From: a bacterium
GTDB lineage: Bacteria; 4484-113; JAGGVC01
DNA length: 64,000 nucleotides
Direction: 5' to 3'
Assembly: GCA_039961635.1 (NCBI GenBank)
Contig: JABRWB010000008.1
Location: 30,158 to 94,157 of the forward strand
In this document: positions 37,273 through 45,751 of the stretch, one piece after another
How the letters are laid out: every line of letters starts with the position of its first letter
Numbering within the stretch: position 1 is the first letter of the stretch
Translations under genes and position numbers: made by a program
Notes under the pieces: generated by a model
What the model was told of the DNA's origin: nothing
Databases searched by the model: none
The model's input: only the letters and a program-made list of their open reading frames with translations

Positions 37273-40170
37273 TCAGAGTTCGTCAGGATCAAGCCTTTGA
37301 ACCAGAAAATCCCGTGAACCTCCACCGACATCAAGTACACCCTCCCTCCAAGTTTGAATCCCATCGGAATCAACAAATATTCCGGATATATTCCCGGAAG
37401 TAACATTTAAATTAATAACTTCTCCCGACGGATGGCTGATGTATGGATTTCGTGCTTCAAATTTCAAACTAGCGCTATTGCAGTTACCCGCCAGCACCAG
37501 TTCGTCATGGCCAGCCTTTGCAATTACCATTCCATCCATATAGTCTTTAATATCACTCAATCCAAATGCCCATATTATGTTTTCATCTATGTCCATTTTG
37601 GCTAAAGATGCGCGCCAAAACGAAATGTATACCCCGTCAGAAGTCGGAACAATACCGCGAGTCCAATATGGTAGTTCCTGGAAGCACGCTGCTTTTTTTA
37701 GCTCACCTGAATCGCTAAATTTCAAAAGTATTGGCTTTTGAACCCCGTTGCTGTAGTACTCTGTTCCGCCGCCTAGGTAGATATCGCCTGTGTCGGATAT
37801 GGCCAGGTCGTTTCCATATTCCTTTGACGGAGTCTCCCATCTACGCGCCCAAATAAAGTTGCCATCCATATCAATTTTCATTATCTCCAAATCGCCTTGG
37901 CCTGCTTCGGCATCCCAATTGTATCCTCCTGCATACAAATATCCGTTTTGCTGGTCAATTTCGCTCGGATAAGCAACCGCGCCAGGATAGGCGCGCGCCC
38001 AGATTAGCTGGCCCGATGAATCAAGATTTAATATTATACAAATTTTATCGGCCGCATCGCTTATAAAACCCAACACGTAAACAAATCCATCTTCATTAAC
38101 GACAACACTTCTGGCGACCGATTCAACACCAGCCAAAAATAACTTGGACCACAGAATGTAGCCATATTCGTTATAGCGTTGAATTAACAAGTCATTATGA
38201 GGCTCTGGCTCAAAGCTGGTTGCTGTCCATCCAGCAACGTATACGCCGCCCTCATTGTCGGCGGCAATGCCTCCTGCACAATCGTTAAAAGTAGTATGGT
38301 AGGTAGTAGCCCAATAAAAGTTGCCATATTGATCAAAAGTAGCAAGCAATATGTCTCTAAAAGGATCATCCTCAACACTTATATCGCCAACTATGCATTC
38401 CGAGTCATTTGATGTGGATGTGACCTCTAGCGCGTACTCAGACAAAACGGAGCCCCAAGAATGGTACCAGTCCACATGCGATACCGCAAATGAAAAGGGA
38501 AAGCTGGCCATGCCAAAGGGACTAGTGAGTTCGAGCATTCCAACGTAATCTCCCGGCTCTCCAAGCATGACAACTGGTGTTGCTTCGGAAGATTGCGACG
38601 GCACAGCATAATCTCCAAATGTCCAATTGTATGCTAGTGGTTCTGACCCAACGACATCTGCAGAAAACTGAACTTGGGTTGCACGATATCCGCTTAAAGG
38701 CGAAACCGATAGTATTTGTGGAGGCGCGCCCGGGCCATAAACTGTAAAAGTAAAATGAAATTCATCCTCCCCCGAAGAATTCGTCGCCTTAAAAATACCA
38801 TCGTATTCGCCAGCGGTCGCAAATACAATTTGTGGCCAAAAATCGGATGAATGGTTCGGTACAGCTCCGCCTCCAAAATCCCAAGAATAGTACATTGGTT
38901 CTGTGCCATTTACCGATGCTGAAAATGTGGCCCGGTCGCCTTCAATGCCGAACAGTGGGGAAACAGACTTAATGTTGGGCACATATGGATTGGCAACAAC
39001 ATCAAGATTGAAATGCCTGGAATCGCTACCTGCTGGATTTGACACGGTAAGTAGGCAATCATATTCACCTTCTGAGCCAATTTGCTCGGTTGGTTGCTGC
39101 AGATTACTGGCAGATGGAGTGGCTGCATCTCCAAAACTCCAGCTGTAAATAAATGGCTGAGTTCCGGAAATTGCTGCCCGAAATACAACTGAATTTCCGG
39201 CAAGTGCACTCTGGGGTGCAATACTCATAATATTTGGCCTTATTAAGTTTGCCGGAATTTGGATTATATTGCTACTATCTCCCTCCGAATTATCACTGGC
39301 CACCGGAACGACGCATACAAAACCTTGTTGTCCCATCGGTAGGTTTAGAGTGATTTTATGTTGAGCTAGTACTTGCTGGCTTACGGGAGTTGGCGCGCCG
39401 ATTTGGATATATTCGCCTTGCTCAAGCGAAGAAGTCAAGACTACATAGCCCCATACTTCGTTTAGGAACCTTAATGCGATTGGTGTTATGTCGCTTATTC
39501 CAACCACGCCGTCACCATCGCCGTCTATCCATGCCTCCAGCGCGTCGTCGCCGATGCCGTCGTTTGTGAGCGCGCCGAAGTGGAGCGCGATCGGCGTGAT
39601 GTCGCTTACGCCCACCTCGCCGGAGACGTCGAAGTCGCCAAGGTTCACGTAGCTCCAGCTAAGCGTGTTCGTCCCCGGATCGTACGCGAGATCGGTCACC
39701 CGGCCGGCGTCGCCCTGGGGGGCTCTTGATACGATGCGGTTCCCGCTTGCGGAATTGCGCGAGCCGCCGCCCGCGATTCCCGATTCGCGCGTGCCGCCCG
39801 CGATTCCCGATTCGCGCGCGCCGCCCGCGATTCCCGATTCGCGCGCGCCGCCGCCCGGCGCTGCAGCTCCATTGCCATGTATTTCTTCGAGCCGGCGGAT
39901 GAGTTCGCTACGAAGCGTTTCGAATACCGCGGGATCGGCGCCGTCCGGAGTTTCGTAGCCGCGGATTTCGTCGAGCGCGGATTCGAGCGCGACGGATTTC
40001 GGTTCGGCGATTGCGATTCCCGTTTCGGGCGAGTCCCGCCAATCGCGGGAACGATGTCCGCCCGCGTCGCCTGCGGAGTTTCTATGCTTGCCCGCGGAGC
40101 AGGATGGGACAAGGAGCGATGCGGCCAAAAGCGCCGCGGCGATTGCGAATGCGGCAAGCGACTTTGTCAT
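37273..40170 (-). CDS. Secreted cell-surface protein: signal peptide, 3x ARESGIAGG repeat, dockerin-like Ca-binding repeat pair, 3 PKD domains, C-terminal SBBP-type beta-propeller
   Basis: 965 aa. Signal peptide MTKSLAAFAIAAALLAASLLVPSCSAG. Dockerin-like segments GDFDVSGEVGVSDITPIALHFGA and IDGDGDGVVGISDITPIALRF. Three PKD-like blocks (..YSWSFGDAATPSAS.., ..YYSWDFGGGAVP.., ..YNWTFGDYAVPS..). At least 6 SBBP-like repeats (DNEGGVYVAGWT, NEDGFVYVLGFI, QQNGYLYAGGYN, DTGDIYLGGGT ...). The DNA from about 37100 to 39450 is markedly AT-rich relative to the window. Confidence 0.75.
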   Translation of the reverse strand: MTKSLAAFAIAAALLAASLLVPSCSAGKHRNSAGDAGGHRSRDWRDSPETGIAIAEPKSVALESALDEIRGYETPDGADPAVFETLRSELIRRLEEIHGNGAAAPGGGARESGIAGGARESGIAGGTRESGIAGGGSRNSASGNRIVSRAPQGDAGRVTDLAYDPGTNTLSWSYVNLGDFDVSGEVGVSDITPIALHFGALTNDGIGDDALEAWIDGDGDGVVGISDITPIALRFLNEVWGYVVLTSSLEQGEYIQIGAPTPVSQQVLAQHKITLNLPMGQQGFVCVVPVASDNSEGDSSNIIQIPANLIRPNIMSIAPQSALAGNSVVFRAAISGTQPFIYSWSFGDAATPSASNLQQPTEQIGSEGEYDCLLTVSNPAGSDSRHFNLDVVANPYVPNIKSVSPLFGIEGDRATFSASVNGTEPMYYSWDFGGGAVPNHSSDFWPQIVFATAGEYDGIFKATNSSGEDEFHFTFTVYGPGAPPQILSVSPLSGYRATQVQFSADVVGSEPLAYNWTFGDYAVPSQSSEATPVVMLGEPGDYVGMLELTSPFGMASFPFSFAVSHVDWYHSWGSVLSEYALEVTSTSNDSECIVGDISVEDDPFRDILLATFDQYGNFYWATTYHTTFNDCAGGIAADNEGGVYVAGWTATSFEPEPHNDLLIQRYNEYGYILWSKLFLAGVESVARSVVVNEDGFVYVLGFISDAADKICIILNLDSSGQLIWARAYPGAVAYPSEIDQQNGYLYAGGYNWDAEAGQGDLEIMKIDMDGNFIWARRWETPSKEYGNDLAISDTGDIYLGGGTEYYSNGVQKPILLKFSDSGELKKAACFQELPYWTRGIVPTSDGVYISFWRASLAKMDIDENIIWAFGLSDIKDYMDGMVIAKAGHDELVLAGNCNSASLKFEARNPYISHPSGEVINLNVTSGNISGIFVDSDGIQTWREGVLDVGGGSRDFLVQRLDPDEL
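39765..39845. repeat. Three tandem 27-bp repeats inside CDS 37273-40170 (encode ARESGIAGG x3)
   Basis: gccgcccgcgattcccgattcgcgcg(t/c) repeated three times, head to tail. Confidence 0.8.
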
Positions 40171-40437
40171 CCCTGCACCTCCGGCGGGCGTTTATTCCGC
40201 CAAAACCAGCAAATTATAGACGGAAAGATTATTGCGGAAAATTGGGGAAATGTCAAATGTGCAGAGCGAAGTGTGAAGAGTGAAGAGGGATGAGCCATAA
40301 GGCAAAAGGGAAAAAGAAAGACGGAATCGAGCGTTGAGAAATCAAGGTTGACGGCCGGGCGCCTTTCCGGAGAACTGCGCATTACGACCCTGGCAGGCGG
40401 ATTATTTTGAATATTCAAAATATTCAAAAAACCGACT

Positions 40438-41361
40438 ATGCTAACATCGCGCGCCTTGAGAAACGACGCGACAAAGCATCTGCTGGCCGCACGGCATGAG
40501 CAGGCTCCATTTTTCGGACTCGAAATGACGCTCGCGGACAGGCGGCTGGCCCGGCGTGGGCGCGGTTTTTTGAAATGGCTCGGAACGTTCAAGGGCGTCG
40601 TCTATTCGGTGCTGTTCGTTTCCGCGGCGGCGTACGCATACTTGATGGCCACCGCGTTTCCCGGCGGGGGGGAGGACTTCCGCGAGCTTTTTTTCGGGAT
40701 AGTGTGCTTCTGGGTTACGCCGATTTACGCGTGCTTCAACGCGCTCGCGGCGGGCGCGTCCACGCTTTCGCAGACTTTGGAGTATAACCAGCCGTCCGAG
40801 TTCGCGCTGTCGGGGCATGCGCCCGAGCGCGTGGGCGCGGAGATTTACGCCTGCCGGGCGTACAGGCACTTTCCCGCGGCGATCCTGTACGCCGGGCTTG
40901 TCGCCGGCGCGATCGCGTACCTGGAATTCAGGGGCGAGGGTGTTTTCAACGATTTCAATCCCGCGTTTTACCCGCTGTTCATGCTGGCGGCCCTTGTCAT
41001 GCAGTATGGACTGTTTGCCGCCGCCGCGTTCATCGGGGTGCTGATTTCGAATCACGCGTGGCGGTTCATAGCGGTTTTCGGTTATTTCATCGTCCAGATG
41101 GCTCTGCCCGTTTTCACGGCGGTGCTTTTGTCCGTTTCCTTCCAGTCGTCGGTCAACGAGGAAGCGGCGGAGCTTGCGGCGATGTGCGCGGCGCCGTACG
41201 GCCCCGTTTATTACTCGATCAACCTCGCCGAGGCGTCGGGCGGATTCTCGGCCTACGACGCGGCGACCGGATACGCGCTGTCCATGGGCGCGCAGATCGC
41301 GATCGCGATCGCGTGGTATCTGGGGACGATCGCGCTGTTCAGGCGCCGCGTGCTGTCGTGA
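40438..41361 (+). CDS. Integral membrane protein, hypothetical (about 6-7 TM helices)
   Basis: ATG start. Hydrophobic segments VYSVLFVSAAAYAYLMA, FFGIVCFWVTPIYACFNALAAGA, AILYAGLVAGAIAYL, LFMLAALVMQYGLFAAAAFIGVLI, FIAVFGYFIVQMALPVFTAVLL, AQIAIAIAWYLGTIALF. Confidence 0.6.
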   Translation: MLTSRALRNDATKHLLAARHEQAPFFGLEMTLADRRLARRGRGFLKWLGTFKGVVYSVLFVSAAAYAYLMATAFPGGGEDFRELFFGIVCFWVTPIYACFNALAAGASTLSQTLEYNQPSEFALSGHAPERVGAEIYACRAYRHFPAAILYAGLVAGAIAYLEFRGEGVFNDFNPAFYPLFMLAALVMQYGLFAAAAFIGVLISNHAWRFIAVFGYFIVQMALPVFTAVLLSVSFQSSVNEEAAELAAMCAAPYGPVYYSINLAEASGGFSAYDAATGYALSMGAQIAIAIAWYLGTIALFRRRVLS

Positions 41362-41401
41362 TTTGAATCGCGGGAGTAATCAATTTCGTGCGCGCGCGGA
41401 T

Positions 41402-42181
41402 TCAGAAAAGCAGGTTGTTGTTCAGCCACGCCATGATTATCCGGTCGAGGCCGTTGCCCGCGGACAGGATATCGGTGCCGTGCCGGTTGCCGGGGTACAT
41501 CTTGAGCTTCGGCGGGTCGGCGGTGTCGAGAAGCCGCTCGTACAGCGCGCGAGAATCCGCGGCGGACGGGTTGTCGCTTTCGCTTGCGACGATCATAATC
41601 GCCCGAGTGCCGTATCGTTCGGCGGCGGGCATCGTCTCGATTCCGCGGTAGTTCAGCCCAGGCGACAAAAGCACGACCGTGCGCACGTGCCTGTCCTGCG
41701 CGGCGTAGTTTATCGCAAGGTTCGCGCCGATGCTTGCGCCGATTATCGCTATTCTGTCCGTGTTCACTTCCTTGCGCGTTGCGAGGTAGGAAACCGCGCC
41801 CGACACGTCCAAAAGCATCGAGCGGAAGTCGCCGTCCCCGAACTCCCGCCATGTGCGGCCCGCCTGGTCGAACTCCAGGCTCTCTCCATGGCCGCGCAGG
41901 TCTATCGCGAGCGCGCAGTAACCCTCCGCCATCACCAGCGGGGCGATCGCGTTCCAGTCGTTGCGCGAGCGCGAAAGCATGTGCAGCATTATCACCACGG
42001 GTACCTTTTGCATCCGCAGCTTCGCCGGGCGGAAGAATGTGCCCGCGATGTTGACGCCGTCGCTTGTGCGGTAGGTTATCCGCTCGGTCGTGTATTCCTC
42101 GTCCGCAAGCGCGCGCGGGGGCGCAAAAACCGCGCCGCTGAACGCGGCCAAAAAAGCCAAAAGCAAAAAATGCCGTCGCAA
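41402..42181 (-). CDS. Secreted alpha/beta-hydrolase (dienelactone hydrolase / esterase-like)
   Basis: Signal peptide MRRHFLLLAFLAAFSGAVFA. Nucleophile elbow IAIIGASIGANLA (G-x-S-x-G). HGESL and a C-terminal His (GNRHGTD) fit a Ser-Asp-His triad. Confidence 0.75.
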   Translation of the reverse strand: MRRHFLLLAFLAAFSGAVFAPPRALADEEYTTERITYRTSDGVNIAGTFFRPAKLRMQKVPVVIMLHMLSRSRNDWNAIAPLVMAEGYCALAIDLRGHGESLEFDQAGRTWREFGDGDFRSMLLDVSGAVSYLATRKEVNTDRIAIIGASIGANLAINYAAQDRHVRTVVLLSPGLNYRGIETMPAAERYGTRAIMIVASESDNPSAADSRALYERLLDTADPPKLKMYPGNRHGTDILSAGNGLDRIIMAWLNNNLLF

Positions 42182-42202
42182 CGAAACCTCGCGGGCGTAA
42201 TG

Positions 42203-42406
42203 CTATCCGCCGCCCACGAATGTTACCACCTCGACTCTGTCTCCGTCCCGTAATTCGGTTTTTTCCCAGTCTTCGCGGTAAACCACCGCGCCGTTCACTT
42301 CGACGACCACAAGACGTTCCGGCGCGCCGATTTCGGCCAAAATCCCAGGAATCGCAGGAGCGGATTCGTAGCTCCGCTTCTTTCCGTTGACGGTGATTTC
42401 GATCAC
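42203..42406 (-). CDS. thiS: ThiS/MoaD-family sulfur-carrier protein
   Basis: 67 aa. MIEITVNGKK...VAVEVNGAVVYREDWEKTELRDGDRVEVVTFVGGG with a C-terminal Gly-Gly. Classic ThiS length and pattern. Confidence 0.75.
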   Translation of the reverse strand: MIEITVNGKKRSYESAPAIPGILAEIGAPERLVVVEVNGAVVYREDWEKTELRDGDRVEVVTFVGGG

Positions 42407-42493
42407 GCCGCGATGATATCACGGCGCTTGTGAAAAATTGCGATTCCGATTGCGCCGTTTGCCGCCTCCGGCACTAATGGTAAACTAAAGGCG

Positions 42494-42715
42494 ATGGACA
42501 AAACTCCGTTGCCACTTAAAGGAGACGAGCTTACCGAGCGCGTCGCCAAAGATTACCCGAAGGCCGAGAAATTCCTATCGGCTCGCGGCATCCGGCTGAA
42601 ACAGGCCGGAGCACCGGTTGTCTACGGAACGCTTTGGGATCTGCTGCGCGCGCATGAAGGCAGAGAAGGGGCCGCGCGCCTTTTGGAAGAACTCAACGAA
42701 AAGCTCGCGACGTAA
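42494..42715 (+). CDS. Small hypothetical protein (73 aa), DUF1858-like fold lacking the CxxC pair
   Basis: ATG start. DELTERVAKDYPKAEKFLSARGI ... LWDLLRAHEGREGAARLLEELNEKL resembles the DUF1858 helical domain. The call is tentative. Confidence 0.35.
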   Translation: MDKTPLPLKGDELTERVAKDYPKAEKFLSARGIRLKQAGAPVVYGTLWDLLRAHEGREGAARLLEELNEKLAT

Positions 42716-42773
42716 TCCGACCCGGACGCGAACCGGCCCCGCAAGGCGGGATCGGCGATACGTTGGGAGGCCC

Positions 42774-43352
42774 CTAGACTTTGGCCAGCAATGCGAGACG
42801 GGATTCGCTGACGCCGATTTGGCCCAGCCCGCCCACCTCGACGATCACGCGCCCGTCGTCGCTGATGAAGCCGATAGGCACGTAAACGTAACTCGGAAGC
42901 TCGATACCCTCGCGGGTGAAACCCACGCGGACGCCGGAAATCACGAACTCCTCGTCCGTCTGCGGATTCTTGACCGCGACGCGCACCTCGCCGCTGGTAG
43001 GCTTGCCGCCGCGGTCGGGCCGCTGGGTGTACGCGGGAATCAGCATTTTGACCACGAAATGATCACCGGCGAACATGTTCCTCGACAGCTTGTCGAAGTA
43101 CCACTGGCCGGAGAACCGCTTCTTGAATTTGAACGGGTTGGATGTGGACAGCCACCAGATGTCGTTCTTTTCGTCGTAGCTGCCGTCGCAGTCGAAGTTG
43201 TACGCGCGGATGTACGCGGCCTGATCGGCGGGGCTTGAAAGGTCCACCTGCCCCGGCGCTTTAAGCACACCCGGCGTATCCTGCGCGAAAAGCGCATGCG
43301 GCGCGATGAGCGCGGCCGCCAGAAGTAGCGCGAGCGATATTCCCCTTGACAT
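42774..43352 (-). CDS. Secreted hypothetical protein (192 aa)
   Basis: Signal peptide MSRGISLALLLAAALIAPHALFAQ. Ordinary composition. Preferred over the antisense Arg-rich ORF 42618-43238. Confidence 0.55.
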   Translation of the reverse strand: MSRGISLALLLAAALIAPHALFAQDTPGVLKAPGQVDLSSPADQAAYIRAYNFDCDGSYDEKNDIWWLSTSNPFKFKKRFSGQWYFDKLSRNMFAGDHFVVKMLIPAYTQRPDRGGKPTSGEVRVAVKNPQTDEEFVISGVRVGFTREGIELPSYVYVPIGFISDDGRVIVEVGGLGQIGVSESRLALLAKV

Positions 43353-43514
43353 GGCCTGATTCTAAATGCGCCCGCGGGCGTTGTCAATCTCGTCCGGCGG
43401 AACGGTTGCTCCCGGAGCAATTTCGCTCAATCCTTCGCGCTGTTGACCGGAGCGCTGCAAAAGGGGGATAATGACGGCGGTGCGCCTCTGGCGCGGGGAA
43501 AGGCGGTGGCAAAG

Positions 43515-44003
43515 ATGCACAGGGAATTCAGCGGAAAGCGGATGGCGGCCGAGCTTCGGGTCGGGATCGTCGTCTCGCGGTTCAACGATATGGTGACGAA
43601 GCGCCTGCTTGAAGGGGCGCTCGACGCGCTTGCGCGCCACACGTCCGGCGAGGGCGGCAGCGCGGACGTGTTCTGGGTGCCGGGCAGCTTCGAGCTTCCG
43701 ATGACGGCGCGCCGCGTCGTCAACACGAAGCAGTACGAGGCGGTGGTCGCGCTCGGATGCCTGGTGCGCGGCCAGACCGACCACTACGAGCTTTTGGCGC
43801 ATGAAGTGACTAAAGGGCTGGCGCAAATCGCGATAAAAAGCGTCATCCCGGTCACGTTCGGAGTGGTGACCGCGGACACGGTCGAGCAGGCGCTGGAGCG
43901 CGCGGGGCTGAAGCAGGGCAACAAAGGCTTCGACGCGATGGTGTCCGCGATCGAGGTGGTCAGCCTGTACCGCCAGATCGCGGAAGTGGAAGCGGAGCAG
44001 TAG
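43515..44003 (+). CDS. ribH: 6,7-dimethyl-8-ribityllumazine synthase
   Basis: LRVGIVVSRFNDMVTKRLLEGALDAL, WVPGSFELP, LGCLVRGQTDHYELLAHEV. Start at ATG 43515 (ATG 43542 is an alternative). Confidence 0.9.
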   Translation: MHREFSGKRMAAELRVGIVVSRFNDMVTKRLLEGALDALARHTSGEGGSADVFWVPGSFELPMTARRVVNTKQYEAVVALGCLVRGQTDHYELLAHEVTKGLAQIAIKSVIPVTFGVVTADTVEQALERAGLKQGNKGFDAMVSAIEVVSLYRQIAEVEAEQ

Positions 44004-44034
44004 GGGCGTGCGGCGCACGCCCGGTGAGTGGTAG

Positions 44035-44085
44035 GGGGCGGTTTACCCGCCCCCACAATTAGGTGGGCGGGGATAAACCCAGCCC
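44035..44085. repeat. REP-like GC-rich double-hairpin element, copy 2. A separate palindrome GGGCGTGCGGCGCACGCCC lies at 44004-44023.
   Basis: gggggcggtttacccgccccc acaattag gtgggcggggataaacccagccc, directly after the ribH stop. It matches the element at 13111-13166. Confidence 0.55.
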
Positions 44086-44094
44086 GTACAATTT

Positions 44095-44868
44095 ATGAGA
44101 AAAAAACTGCTTGCGGCGAACTGGAAGCTGTACAAGACCTTCGAGGAGGCGGACGGCTACGCAGCGAAACTCAAAGCCGCATTCGGCGGAACGCAGCCAG
44201 AAATAGACGTCGCGGTTTGCGCGAGCTTTCCGTACCTGCGCGATTTGATTCGCGCGTTCGAGGGCACCGGCATCGCCGTCGGCGCGCAGAACGTGTCGGA
44301 ATACGTCGAGGGCGCGTATACCGGCGAGGTCGGGGTGCGCCAGCTTTCGGGCTACGGGCTGCGCTACGCGATACTCGGCCACAGCGAGCGGCGAAACGTC
44401 TTCGGGGAAAGCGACAAGCTGATACGGAAGAAGCTTGAGCTTGTCCTTGCGGAAAGCGAGCTTTGCCCGATCCTGTGCGTCGGCGAGCCCTTGGAAGTGC
44501 GCGAGGGGGGGGAGGCGGCGGCTTTCGTCGCGAACCAGCTTGACGGCGCGCTGTCGGGGATTCATCGGGAGCGGGTGCGGCGGCTGGTGATCGCCTACGA
44601 GCCGATATGGGCAATCGGCACCGGAGTCAACGCGAAGCCGGAGGACGCGCAGGAGATGTGCGCGTGGGTGCGCACGGTGGCGTCGGATTTCCTGTCGGCG
44701 GAAGTCGCCGCGGAAATGCGCGTGCTTTACGGCGGGAGCATCAAGCCCGCAAACTGGGCGGCGATAGCCGCGGGCGCGGACGTGGACGGCGGACTTGTCG
44801 GGGGCGCGTCGCTGGACGCGGACGCGTTTTTCGAGCTGTACCGGATTACCGCGGGGCGTGTTGGATAG
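44095..44868 (+). CDS. tpiA: Triosephosphate isomerase
   Basis: AANWKL, ILGHSERR, AYEPIWAIGTG signature and catalytic Glu. 257 aa. Confidence 0.95.
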   Translation: MRKKLLAANWKLYKTFEEADGYAAKLKAAFGGTQPEIDVAVCASFPYLRDLIRAFEGTGIAVGAQNVSEYVEGAYTGEVGVRQLSGYGLRYAILGHSERRNVFGESDKLIRKKLELVLAESELCPILCVGEPLEVREGGEAAAFVANQLDGALSGIHRERVRRLVIAYEPIWAIGTGVNAKPEDAQEMCAWVRTVASDFLSAEVAAEMRVLYGGSIKPANWAAIAAGADVDGGLVGGASLDADAFFELYRITAGRVG

Positions 44869-44889
44869 GTTTGTCGAGGACTCCTCGGA

Positions 44890-45114
44890 TCACTTCGCCG
44901 CAGCCTGGTAAATCGCAGGGCGGTATCTGGGCTTCGGAATCCGTTTCCCCGACGCCTGCGCCGCTTCAATCCATGCGGATTTCGCGATAAGCACCTCGCG
45001 CAGAGCCTTCTCCGGCGTCGAGCCGAAGGCCGAGCAGAATTTGAGGTCCGGAATGTCCGCGACATAACATCCGTCCTCGTCACTGTAAAACACGTTGACG
45101 TGGTAATCTTTCAT
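44890..45114 (-). CDS. hicB: HicB-family antitoxin (type II TA)
   Basis: 74 aa. YSDEDGCYVADIPDLKFCSAFGSTPEKALREV fits the HicB/UPF0150 RNase-H-like fold. Overlaps the upstream hicA by 4 nt. Confidence 0.7.
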   Translation of the reverse strand: MKDYHVNVFYSDEDGCYVADIPDLKFCSAFGSTPEKALREVLIAKSAWIEAAQASGKRIPKPRYRPAIYQAAAK

Positions 45115-45368
45115 TTGCCGTCACCCACATCCAGCCCATAACGCTCAATAATCGAGACAAGCTGCCTGAGCTGGTACGTCTTTATTTTACCCCCGAAGTT
45201 CTGGATATTGATCAGTTCGTTAACACCCGCGCGCCGAAAAATATGGTGGCTTCCCTTTTTTCGGGCAAGGCGAAATCCTAGAGCATCGAGCAGGGTTAAG
45301 ACGTCTGCAAAGGAGACGTTGCCTGAACCGCGCAACACCTGTTCCAGCAATTTTCGTATCTTGGTCAT
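45111..45368 (-). CDS. hicA: HicA-family mRNA interferase toxin
   Basis: 85 aa. LGFRLARKKGSHHIFRR (the KGSHH motif of HicA dsRBD-like toxins). Confidence 0.75.
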   Translation of the reverse strand: MTKIRKLLEQVLRGSGNVSFADVLTLLDALGFRLARKKGSHHIFRRAGVNELINIQNFGGKIKTYQLRQLVSIIERYGLDVGDGK

Positions 45369-45751
45369 TAAGCGTCAAAATACGGGTAACCGAGTCATTC
45401 TATCTTAATTTAACTTAGATATTTCTAATAAGCGCCTCTACCCGCCGTAATTCACGATCGTGAACTGGATCGGGAAGGGCGCGCTGCCGTGCCAGAACGG
45501 AGCCGGCTCCTGATTTAGCCGCGCCGTGGACATAAAAGCAAATTGAGCCGGCGGCATGTCGCTCGCGAAAAAAACGCGGCGTCGGCTTTTCCAGTCCCCG
45601 TCCCGCTTGCCCCGATTGTCACAAAGATTTTTCCGCCGCAGGCTGTCCATTTCCGGCAATACTTGACAAATGTTGGCTATAATAAGCGATGGAGGCGTAA
45701 CCGAGCCAAGCCCGTTTTCCGGGCGGGGCGCCCGGCCTCCCGGAGGTTATT

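Noticed and set aside
42618-43238. 206-aa + strand ORF
   Set aside because: It is an Arg/Asp-rich antisense shadow of the minus-strand secreted protein 42774-43352, which has a proper signal peptide.
45663-45683. TTGACA ... TATAAT sigma70-like hexamers upstream of the phage-like cluster
   Set aside because: The hexamers are separated by only 9 bp, which is incompatible with a functional -35/-10 pair. The promoter was not called.
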